Below are positions 27,707 through 39,810 of a DNA stretch of 64,000 bases, one piece after another. This DNA comes from Chrysomallon squamiferum (Eukaryota; Animalia; Mollusca), in assembly GCA_012295275.1 (NCBI GenBank), contig CM022665.1:4836001-4900000 (forward strand), written 5' to 3'. The translations under genes were made by a program, and so were the position numbers. Each line of letters starts with the position of its first letter. Position 1 is the first letter of the stretch. The notes under the pieces were generated by a model. That model was not told the DNA's origin. It searched no databases and was given only the letters and a program-made list of their open reading frames with translations.

Positions 27707-28341
27707 TTATTTTATTTTATTTTTTGACAGACATTCGGCCTTATAACCTTTGACCTGTATACATATAGAGCGCTGTTCACTCATCCTTACTCCAGAAAAC
27801 TAGTGAGTTCTCATTTCTGAATGGCACGATTAAGAGCCAAAGCAAAAAGCGTCTATATTATTACAGCACCGTCGCAATGAAATGTTCAGACAGTCAAATT
27901 GATTCACATCAACGTAAATGACAACGGTTTCTCTGAACAAGAACGAAATTAACAAATCTATAACGTCCGATGCTTAAAGTCGGTTGACCTGTTGCCCTGA
28001 AACGATAAAATTTAGGTAGTCTTTGCAATGTTCTGTCTCTAGTCACTGGAACAGACATAATACAAAACGAGCTAGACTACAGTTCTGAAAAAGAGAACTT
28101 AGAGAGGACTGCCGCAGAAAGAAGGGAAAGCTGAATTTAGTTAAATAAACACGAACTATATAGTATTCAATAATTTTAGTCTATGTATTATTTTTTCAGT
28201 CTTCACAAATGTGAATAAATTACGTAATACAACGTTACCAAAAAAAATAAGTAATTAAAAATGTATACAACATTGTATTACAGTTTTCTCTCAGAGCTTT
28301 ATTGCAGAGTGTACATTTGTATGAATGTGTAATATGTGAAT

Positions 28342-28463
<122 letters not shown>

Positions 28464-28744
28464 GGGATTCATCGAAAGAAAAGAAAAGAAAAACTTTAAC
28501 ACTAACCGATAAAGAAAATTAACATATTGGAATATAGTAAACATAATGGGTAGTAAACATAACTTCATCCTGGGCGTTAGTAACCCGGGGTAATTATAAA
28601 ATTGAAAGGAAGAAAGGACGTAAAGAAAGAAAGTGGATTTGAGAAGGGAAAGCACATAAGACAAAGACAGACGGAAGGGCAGTAGCAATATTGCATTTAT
28701 GTTTGTTAATCAAACTGATGATAATTATATTTTAGAAAAGAGAA

Positions 28745-28781
<37 letters not shown>

Positions 28782-29654
28782 TTCATGATAACAATTATGT
28801 AGTATAAAGTACGGGCTTTGGTTTAATTTGTTGTGGGTTTTTTGGGGTGGGTTTATATTGTTATTACTATATAATTATTTAGTTTTAATTAATTTTTTTA
28901 AATTATTCCTTTTTTTTAATTATTTATTTAAAGTTTTTATTTTATTATTATTATTATTATTACTTTATTTAATTTGTTTTGTTTTTGTTTGTTTTTTTTT
29001 GGCTTTATTTCTGTAACTCAGCTCAAACGTCAATGCTTGGAATTGTAAATAACGTATTATGGGTTTTTCCTGCAATAAATGCGCTAAATGTCTGATTTAT
29101 GCCGAGTTCTTGCGTACATTTCTCATTGTGATTTTTTTTTTTTTTTTTAATAAACATCAATTGGATGTTCACGTAACTCAAACAGAACAATGCAGAAAAC
29201 ATCACAAATGAACAGCAACAAAAAAAATAAAGAAATAAAATTTTTAAAGTTTTCTGAAGAAATACAGCTGACATTTCAGGAACAATGTCTGACGGCATGT
29301 ACTTCTAACTAACTGCGGATAATATCCTGTTGTGTGTGTTTGTTTTTTGTTGTTTTTTGTTTTGTTTTTTTCTCCTCGTTTTTTTTTTTTAATGCAAAAT
29401 TACCTCGAAATAAACCGAAATTTCATAATTAAAAAAAAAAAAAAAAAAAAAGAAAGAAAGAAAAGAAAAAAGAAAAGAAAGAAAAAGAAAAAATTTAATT
29501 TTAACTTCATGCTGTTAAAGAAACGTTGATGCGCTTTTTAGTACTATTCCTTCTTTCTTCTTATAATTAAACCCCGAGTAATAAAAATAAATGTGTGGGG
29601 AATGAAACATTTACAGAAATAGCCATGTTGTTGCTTATAACATTGAAAAGCAAA

Positions 29655-29696
<42 letters not shown>

Positions 29697-30159
29697 AATA
29701 AGAAGAGTAAGAACAGAAGATTTGTAGAGATGAGGACAGGAAGAGAGAGGAGGAAGAGGAAGGCAAGCAAGGGAGAGAGAATCAAGATGATGAAATCAAC
29801 GAAGACAATCCATTGCTGTAAAAACTATTTATTAGACTGGGCTTAAAATATTTACTTTTAAGATATTTTGCAAGTGACATTTCGCTGAAAATGCTATAGC
29901 TATTGTTACACATATTTCAACTACATTTTATATCAGCCACAGCATCCATTTGTAACTTGATGAAATGACTGCATTTTCCGAAAAACGATTAAGTAATATA
30001 GATGTACATTTTAATGGGATGAAAGGAAATCCAGAAATCTGCCTAAAACTGTATCTATTATTATGTGCCAGTAGTCGTTGGTTGAAGTTTAATGAAATAA
30101 AGACCCGGTAAGGAAATTAGCTGACTCGTTTGTCATTTTTAATAGCTGCTGCTGTCGAA

Positions 30160-30530
30160 ATGTCGGCGCCTGACCGGAAAAAAAAAAATAACTGCGAGTA
30201 TAATTTTTCCTAAACTGTTTCAATTGATCTATTTGTGCATGTTCCTCCTGCATTCGTTTTAGAGTGAAATATGCAGCCATCAGAATTGTCCTTGTAACAG
30301 ACAAAATAACGAGATTTCGAAATGGATGACATATATCCTTTCTGAATAATTTAACTGCTGAGCAGGCGTAGCCCTGCCTGTCCAGTCCGCTTTTTGTTTT
30401 CTTAATCTAGTCCGACAGAAAGTATGTGCCGTCTTTCAGGAAACCAATCTTTGCTTCTTCTTCAGCAAAGTAACTTCCGTTTCCTTTGACATCTTTTAAG
30501 TATTTCGTAACCTTTGTGCTTCGTGAAAAC
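30160..30530 (+). promoter_or_regulatory. Putative housekeeping-type promoter of MTRES1
   Basis: CpG-retaining patch immediately 5' of the gene with ETS/GABP-like CCGGAA (30174), ACTTCCG (30473) and CCAAT (30444); function inferred. Confidence 0.45.
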
Positions 30531-30641
30531 ATTAATATACAAGGGGGAAAAAATCATAAACCTTGAGCATTTTATTATATCAACATTTATTTTGTTAAAA
30601 TATTTTATATATGATAGTTATCAGTAGCTGTCAAAAGGATA

Positions 30642-31031
30642 ATGACCCGGTTGTGGCTGTGGGATCGTTTGCTTCAAATAAAACTGAAATCCATACTTTG
30701 TACTGTAAATAACGGTCAACCAGAGAGCTACGGCTTCAAGTTCGTGTCAACTTTGAGCAGTTTCTGTGTTAATACACAAACACCAAATTATTTAGATAGC
30801 ACTAGATGTAAATTGTTTGGTAACGAATGCAAGGACACTAACTGTTCCGTAACAACTTCGAAAAATATTACCCTTTTGACATGTGCTCACTGGAGACAGG
30901 GCTTACGGTTATATCACACGTGGATGAGGCCAACAGTTATTCAAGATGTTGGTGCCGGCAACCATTTGTTAGACAATGCTAATGAAATTATTAAACGTAG
31001 AGGGTACAAAACAAAGAAAACTGACGCTGAG
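30642..31031 (+). CDS. MTRES1: MTRES1 coding exon 1 (presumed mitochondrial targeting region)
   Basis: ATG at 30642, 130 codons, donor GAG|gtgtgt, phase 0; poorly conserved sequence. Confidence 0.7.
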
Positions 31032-31145
31032 GTGTGTTATTATAATAATTAAACACAAGTAACTGAAACAGATAATTTAAATAGTTTTAGTAATACTGAG
31101 TGTAACTGTTTCAATAGTTTACAGTTAACTGTTCTACTGATAAAA

Positions 31146-31199
<54 letters not shown>

Positions 31200-31682
31200 A
31201 ATTCTTTATTTAGGATCTCAGTTCAAGTGATGATGAAGCAGAAGACTTTGATGAAGATGAGGATGAAGTTGATTTTCCTCCAGGTTATAAAGAGAGAAAA
31301 GCTTTTGTTAAATCTCTAAGAGCTGATGCTATTGTTAGTGTTGGGCTTGGCCTGTCACGCAAGTAAGCAGTGCTTCAACCCATGAGTTTTTACATACATC
31401 ATATTAAAGATTATCTCTGGAGTGCTACAAACAAGTAATTTAAATTACTTAATATACTTTATATTTTCCAAGTCCAAGAGACTGTTCCTTTTAATAGCCA
31501 ACTTTTTCTTAATAATAAAGTGTTGCAATAAAAAATAAAAGCTGAAGTGATTGCTCAGAAACCGACATTTATTCCTTTCAAAATGTCCTTTTTATACATA
31601 CATGTATGAAATCGTGTCAGGAAAAAAGGGATAGTATCAGCTTACATATTTCTCATTGCTTTTATTATTTTATTTTATTTTA

Positions 31683-31740
<58 letters not shown>

Positions 31741-32746
31741 TAAAAATAATTTTTGGTATAGTTTATTCTTACAAAGATTGATGTTCAGTGACAAACAAAA
31801 GAATTATAATACAGTATAACTGAGGTAAAGATGATGCTAATTGCTTTTAGTTCTAATCATCATTTGGGCAGGGTAGTCCTGAAGCTGGGAGTGGTCTCTC
31901 TGAGTTATGGTGCTATGTGCAAATTTATACACTGCAAGATTTTCATCATTTGCCAATAAAACCGTGTGGCCACTGTTTATGTTTAATTTAAATTAATATT
32001 TATAAGAATAATATAATATACCTTTACCTTCATTTTCACTTTTATCTTTTTTCCAGCTCGGTTGATGAAATCTTTTTGAAAAGCTGTTTAAAAGTGAATG
32101 GTTTAAAGTTACTGAAGAAGAGTAAAATGGTTAGTTACTGTAAAAATGTGCACATTAATTAGTTAAAACAAAAGTATTAAATGACATGTCATTAGGACTA
32201 AATAATTCAAAAAAGTGCGATTGATTTCTTAATGTTTTCATTAGAAGACTTGTTTAGAGCTAATGGTAATGTATCCTGACTTTTAAGTCTTCTTTACCAT
32301 ATGTATCACTGAGAACAGAATTAAAGTGGTAAGGCAGTATATTAAAGTATCATATTTCTTTTCTATTTAGTTTAGAATTTGAATTCAGTACCCATCAAGA
32401 TTAAATCTGATAGAGTAAATAATAATTTTGATACTGTATTTGCTGAAATCATAAGTGAAAATCACACACACACACACACACCTCTTCTTTTACACTGCAG
32501 GATAAAACTTTAACATTATAAATTGATGTACATGATATATATTTTTTATTTTGTGTTTCAATTTTTCAGTTAGATGAAGGTGATTACGTGGATATGATTG
32601 TTGAGAAAAATGAAGACAAACTGAAAATCAAGAGAGTCAAATTACTGAGAGTGTTACCAGAAAGAACGCAGAAGGACAGAACAGCTGTGAAGCTAAGAGT
32701 TTGGAAGACAGCATTTGAAATTGATGCTGAGAAACTTCAGTGGTAA
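30642..32746 (+). CDS. MTRES1: Mitochondrial transcription rescue factor 1 (C6orf203) homologue, 4 coding exons, about 262 aa
   Basis: Exons 30642-31031, 31214-31362, 32057-32129, 32570-32746 join in frame through GT-AG introns (phases 0,2,0). The protein has an acidic stretch followed by GYKERKAFVKSLRADAIVSVGLGLSRNSVDEIFLKSCLKVNGLKLLKKSKMLDEGDYVDMI...KLRVWK, matching the S4-like domain of MTRES1 as I recall it (human SFRYDVVLKTGLDIGRNKVEDAF...KKSRTVKVGDTLDL). The start ATG is less certain. Confidence 0.88.
31214..31362 (+). CDS. MTRES1: MTRES1 coding exon 2
   Basis: ttatttag|GAT...CGC AA|gtaagc; DLSSSDDEAEDFDEDEDEVDFPPGYKERKAFVKSLRADAIVSVGLGLSR. Confidence 0.9.
32057..32129 (+). CDS. MTRES1: MTRES1 coding exon 3
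   Basis: ttttccag|C TCG...ATG|gttagt; SVDEIFLKSCLKVNGLKLLKKSKM. Confidence 0.9.
32570..32746 (+). CDS. MTRES1: MTRES1 coding exon 4 (terminal)
   Basis: tttttcag|TTA GAT GAA GGT...TGG TAA; AATAAA at about 32823. Confidence 0.9.
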   Translation, partial: LDEGDYVDMIVEKNEDKLKIKRVKLLRVLPERTQKDRTAVKLRVWKTAFEIDAEKLQW

Positions 32747-35700
32747 TTGCTGCATTAAAAAAAAAAAAATTTTGGTCCATATAAAAAATTTCTTGATACA
32801 GGATGGACCATCTTGGTTTGTGAATAAATGCTGATGGGCCACATAAAAGCATAACTACAAAGGTTTATGTAGAATTTTTGTAGTCAAATCTGAACTGTTT
32901 TATCATCCATGCAGGAAAAAACATTAATACATTAAGTGTGTGAATTTGTATGACAAATTATATATTTATAGAAAAACAGAAAATCTGATTTGCTTGTTAA
33001 TTATCATGATTAAATTACAGGTATTCCTTAGTTAAACCATAACCAGATAAAACATTTTTTCCAACATTATTAAAAAGTAAAACATTTACTACATATTTAT
33101 GATGATGTAAAGCATTTACTGGTATTTAAATAAAATATTTGCTAATATTTAGCAAATGATATAGTTACTGGTACTTAAAATGCAGAATGCCTTGGTGCAT
33201 CTTGGAAATATTTAAAAGTCTGTCAGGTAGACTATTTATATTTTTTATTTTGTGTTAGCACACTCAACCATTTATTCATTATCACTTTAAAGTTACAAAA
33301 AGTTAAAATCAAACTGCAATCAAATTGCTATCAAATTAATGTTGTAAAACAAAACCAGGTCCCATATATAAAACATCAGTTTAATGAAGTTTGCCATCAT
33401 TGATATAATTATATAAATAAAAATAACACACATCACTATAAGCACAATAAAAATATTTATTGATCACAGAAAGATAGACATGTATATAAAATATTTATTA
33501 TTCAAAAACTAATAATGTTCTTACTTTGTAAAAGATAATAAAACAATATAATTAAACATTTATGAAAAATTATTTGCAAACAATTGCAAATATTTTACAA
33601 AAAAAAAAAATGAAGTTAATTTGTGACATCACATTGTTATAGCAAATATTTTTTGTTCAAGACACAAATAAATAACTAATACAACAGATACAAAGTTGTG
33701 TATAGATTTAAATTCAAATCATGGTTCAATTAGATTTGTTGCATTTGTGACAGAATTGGGTTTTTAGTAAGTTTAAAAGCATCATTTCTACAGATAATTT
33801 CTGTTTTATATGTATATACATTATTATTATTTTCAGTTTTGTACAATACATTTACCCACAACTCGGAGATATGCCCCTTTATGAAGATGTTTATATTAAT
33901 AATGAAATTTAAAATTATTAATAATGATCTAATAATTAAACACTTCATTTTGAAAAATACAAAACTTATAAAAATAACTGCAAAATCTATATTATAGTTT
34001 TCTAACAAAATAATTAATACTTCTGTATTTGGTCATTCAAAAGGCAAATAAAAAATGCAATATTTAAATAAAAAGTAAATTTAAAAAAAGTAAGAAGATT
34101 TCATGTGTATAATTTAAATCTGATTAATCTTGTTCAAATATACAATTACGTAAATGCCCTCCAAGTTTTTACTAAAAGGAAGTCTTGCCAAAAAGACAAG
34201 TTACAATAATTTCTTATTTATACAGGGTCATACTTCGAAAATATATAAATAGAAATCTAATTTTTTCTGATGTAACAACCATGATGCTGTTTTCCAGTTT
34301 TGTAAACTAAGGGACACAACTCAAATTAGCAAGAGTTGTGTACCTTTGATTAAAATTGTTTATGAAATAAACGTTAAATATTACATTTTTCAGACATTAG
34401 TAGATATTATAAGTCATTTTAAACTTGACATAGTGAAAAGGCCTCTATTGTGGTTGTTACTTTCAACAAATGTTTTCACAATGTTAAAAACAAAACAGAA
34501 AAATATATGTAAAATTATCTTATGCATCATTATCAATAATATATTTTAATATTGTTCTCCATGTAAATTGAGAACGAACCTCAAAGCCAGCATGAGCCAA
34601 ACGATTCTTTTAAACAACTTATGCATGATACATGCATTATTTGAACTAAAATAACATTATATCAAATGCATCTAATATATAAAATCTGTAATTATTTTTT
34701 TTTTTATTTTTTTTTTTTTAATGCTTTTTCTTTTTTAACAAACTACAATAAAATGCATAATCTGATATTAATTATAGATGTAAAAAAACAATATAACCCG
34801 TAAAAATTGTTAACCTTTAAACCCAAATCATTATGTCCATTGTTTCTCTATTTCTTTTGCCATTATTACAAAATATTAAAAAGTATAAAAGAAAACTAAA
34901 ATAATAATCATGTATTGAAAAAATTGTGTAAATGGACAAAATGAAGTACAATGAATACAAAATTAAAAAAAGCAGTAAAAAAATTTTTCTTTCATTGTTT
35001 CATTATGTGTATGGATTTTTGTATCGCATGCATACACACTTGCATATTTATATACATGGTCAGTGTACATGTTTGTGTGTGCACAAGAGAAAGACTAACA
35101 AAATAAAAAATGAAAATAGTGCTGTGATTGGTATCAAGACATGATATAATAAACTATATACAGAGAGATCAAGTATATTTTGGTTTTGTTTTTTAAAATT
35201 ACTGAAAACAATATACAAAATAAATTTAAATTTACCTTTGAAGGAGCTAATAATAAGTATATATAATACATAAAATGTGTAAACTGAGCAAATTGATATA
35301 ACAAATATTTATAAAATATAACAACAGTTTGATTAAAAATGTTATCAAAATTCTCACTGAAGAATATAAGTAACTATAAGGCAAATATGTATCACTAAAG
35401 ATAATAATCATCAGAGACAAAAATATTATCTTGTTCATTGCTGCTCCTTTCAAAATATACCTGATAAATGTTTATATATATACATTGTAGATATTTAGAA
35501 ATATATTTTTTTTTTAAATGCTATCATATTCATTCAGAACACAACTTCAAACATCAGTTTGAATCCTGAATAAATAAATAAATAAATCCTGAATCTTAAG
35601 TATTCCATTAGTTCCAGGCCTTGAAAATGCTATAAAAGAATATCTGTTGTTGAAGGCCTTTTGTAGCATATTCCTAGAAAATAATATCTTAAATTACTCA

Positions 35701-36456
35701 GTGTGATATTTGTGTTATTTTCAACATTTCATGCTGCTCAAGCCATGTAAAAATATTTCATATTAACACTGAGTATTAAATTATATTATTACGTATACAT
35801 AGATAAAATAACACCTGTGCCAGCAGCATTTTATGTCATGTCTTTGAAATGGACAGAAATTAATTTGGAATAACTAAAAATAATAATAATAATAATAATT
35901 TTTTAAATAAGTTTTATGTGTTATTTAAAGCCTTTGTGGACCGTTTCATCTATTGTATTATACATTCTATAAGGTCACATATTGTTTGAACTGTAAGGCC
36001 ACCATGTATTGTTTAAAGATCTATGGCCGATATATACCATATAACTATATGTGCTTGACATGTACAGTGAGCATTGCATAAACTTTGATGGCCAACAGTT
36101 ACTATTTAATCTATGTGGCCAAAACATGCTATTTCAAAGCATGTAATCATCATACACTGTATAATGTACATAGTTTGTAGATTATGGATAAAGTCACATG
36201 ACTAACACATACTGTATGAATGATAAGGCTGGAACATACTATATCAGCACAGACTGTCATCATACAGTGTCTAAACCTACAGGGCTCAGAGATTCAACAT
36301 ATATGGCAAAGAAATAATGTAAAACTAGTATAGTAAACATATATAAAACATATTGATGAAAGCTATATGAGCAGGACATACTGTATAAATATATATGACC
36401 ACCACTTTCTGCACATCTCTATGCCCAAAAGACAACTGTCACAGACAGTGTATAAT

Positions 36457-36675
36457 TTATATGGCCATCAACTGACTGAGATCTTCCTCGATTTCATCTT
36501 CTTCTTCCTGGAAATCTTCTTCTTGCCAGCTGATATTGTCAGTCTGATTAATAATGGCCTTCAACATGCTTTCAATTCTCGAGTTCTGTACTTGGACATC
36601 TTTAACTATTCGCTTCATTTTCTTCACATCTGTGGCCAGTTTTTCTTGCTTCTGCTGAACCTTTTCAATTTCATC
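36457..36675 (-). CDS. TRPA1: TRPA1 exon 27 (coiled coil, acidic tail, stop)
   Basis: DEIEKVQQKQEKLATDVKKMK...EEDFQEEEDEIEEDLSQLMAI*. Confidence 0.92.
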   Translation of the reverse strand, partial: DEIEKVQQKQEKLATDVKKMKRIVKDVQVQNSRIESMLKAIINQTDNISWQEEDFQEEEDEIEEDLSQLMAI

Positions 36676-39600
36676 CTGCAATATTTAAAAAAAAAAAAGA
36701 ATAATTAATCTAAAGAAAGAAATAGATTGAAGGGAACAGGACAGAGAGAATGTACTACTCTGTTGTACTTGGATTGTTCTGTATTCAGTTGTACTGCATT
36801 CTATTGGATTATACTATAGTGTACGTGACTGTACTGTACCTTACATACTATACCGCACTGTAACATATCTAACATATGTTGTATTGAAGCATACTGTACC
36901 AAACCATGCCATGCTGTACTGTATCATAATTGTATTGTACTAATGAAATATAACAGTTTTCTTTCACTACATTGCATAACTTACGAGTTCTGGATTAAGA
37001 GCTTTCTGTATGGCTTGAGAAGACATGATTGATCCTGCATGTACAAGTCGAGACAGAGGATTGTTATACTGCTTGTTTGGTTTAATTGTCTTGTTTAGAA
37101 TGTGAAACTTTCTTCTAACAAAGTCTGGTATTATTCTCTCAACATCCAAAGCCATTTCAACCTGAAAAAAGTCACAGATAATAATATAAGAAGAAAAAGA
37201 TAAAAGATCAAGAAGAACAACAGCAACAACAAAAATAATAATGCCAAAGACAAAGATGAATCTTTCTTTTTATGGTTCTTATCCTCTATCCACATGTTCT
37301 AGGCAATTAATGAAATAAATTTACTGGTTTTTATTTTTCTCTTATAAAAAAAACCCCTCAAGTTCAATAACACTACAAGGTGGACAGTGCTGTCAGAATT
37401 AACTGCTACAAAAACCTAGTTAGATAAATAATTTTACTGCCTGAAATGTCAATTGTTCCCTTTCAAATAACACTACGACATAAAATAATTTAAAAAAAAA
37501 ATCACTTTTTTTTCTAAAAAAATAGTACACAGTGTAACAGAGTGTTATAAAATGAAGTCTAATTCTTAATATCATTTATGAATTTTTTTATTAAGAACAG
37601 TTAAATTACACGGGCCTTGTTTATTACAAATGCAATATTCTATTTCTACACATTTTTAAAGATTAAAGCTGTCATAATGAATTGTACATGGGAAAATTTT
37701 TGAATTCTAGTTTTGGTTCTTCATCAATATTACTAAATTACCTGCATGGCCATTCTTTTGAGAGCTGCCTGTTCCTGGACAGCTTTGATATCATCTACAG
37801 CCAAACCAACCTATGATAGAAGAAATTACATTTAAATAATATTACTAGGTTACTTACTACAGAATAAATTAGTGTTTTATAAACATACAATTATATTTTA
37901 ATTATAGCAAGTATAGATAGCAAATCATGATTAGACTACAAAAATCATAAGAATCAAACATCAAAATATAGATTTTATAACATCAAATAAATAGTATTTG
38001 ATAAAATCCAGCATGTGTTCACAACTTTATCTTAATTAAGGTAATGAATTTAAAAAGGTATGACAATTATAATGAAAAGTTGTATATAACACATACTAAA
38101 ATGGAAACTTGAATTTGCACACACACAAGCAGATATGTGCATATGAATATGTACTAAAAGCACATACTAATCAATAATATATGTGTTGCTATGATCTTTA
38201 TTATGCTTGTGTTTCTCTTACCAATAAATTCATGATGAGGATTGACATCAGGATAAGGAACACAACAAATAACAAGTATGCTGTTTCATTGTAGTGTATT
38301 ATCTCATCAGATGCTGGTGACTTCACATTGAAGATAGAATCAAACTCAAACTCTCCAATCATCATCACTGATGTTTTAATGATGGAGCGACCAACTGTGC
38401 TGAAAGGGTACTGTTAAAAACAAAAAATAATAATTGGTACTGTATTTTGAAACTGACAATCACCAATTATTGAAAAATATTTAAACAAAAAGATAAATAA
38501 TAACGGAGGAACATTAAGATTTACATGATCAATGATTACCTTAAATAATGATTCGATATACTTTTACCTATTACAAAAGTTCTTGGTTGTTTGTTTGTTT
38601 GTTTTTTAATATCCAGTGGTGTCTTTTTTTATTTATTTTTATTATTGTTTCTGTCTAAAGAAATCAATTTTGGGAACTTTTTACTTCTTCATTTTAACTG
38701 TGGGGGTTATGGGTTGGCCTTAACATCCAACGTTGATATTTAAGTATGTAACACCTACAACATTATTTCAAAGCTTTGTTACAATAAATATTCCACAAAA
38801 TACAAATTATTATGTGACAAGATGTATTATTTTTGAACTGAATGCGGAGTCACAGACACATACCTGATTCCGAAGAAGTGTGAAAAATGACAAGGCAAAG
38901 GCGATGATGAACAACAAGAAGACAATGAAGAACTGAACAAAGGTGTAGAGGACATCTGTAAACATGACCACGTAGATGCCAAAGCGTGGGAACTTCTGAA
39001 TAAACAACACCAGATCCAACCAAGCCAAGAATATTGCCACAGCACCAGTCTGCCACTGCCAGGGCTAAAATTGTAAATTTAACAATAGCTGTTATTTGGC
39101 AGTTATATACACAGGTGGACATATACAGATCCACATATGTTAATAGTATAAATGTTAACTTATGTGACATTTTATAAAACAAGTAACACAAAAAAAGAAA
39201 TCCAGTTTTAACAAAACTGACCATGTTTTTTTTAAATTTTTTAAATTTATTTATGTTGTGGTTTTTATTTATTAATAATTTTTAAGCAGATTTTGTATTA
39301 AATACAGTAGTAATTTGTTTTTCTTAATATTGCTGTAGGTATTTCTTCAGAGCTAAATGGATTCAGACTATGCATTACATTTCTGTTTCACTCCTGTAAT
39401 CAATGGAATGAAAAAGAAAACTTACGTATCTGTAACCAGATATTCTCATGCAGTCATTGAAATCAATCACCAGTAGCAGTGAGGTTACAAACATGATCCA
39501 CTCTATCAGATTTGTCCAGCCTATGTAACCAAGCTTAGCCTGATAAATTTGCAACAGCTGAAACCAAACATAAAATTTCAAATTAATTATGTTATGTATA

Positions 39601-39776
39601 ATCATGTTTTTACATGTAAACATTGTATTTCTTATCAGAATGAATGTGTTTTGCACAATTACTATAATTTATACATGAAAATATTTATTTCAAATATTGC
39701 AGAGATAATAATAAATTCAGGTAAATTACAATTATTTTAAGAATAAAATGGTAATAAAAGAAAAAGTTGTTTAAGT

Positions 39777-39810
<34 letters not shown>

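Noticed and set aside
30089-30304. 71-aa minus-strand ORF divergent from MTRES1
   Set aside because: No recognisable domain, no donor or downstream exons found; lies in the promoter-like region
31829-31905. ATGATG...CTGA...CTGA in an MTRES1 intron, possible C/D snoRNA
   Set aside because: Imperfect C box, no terminal stem and no recognisable rRNA antisense element
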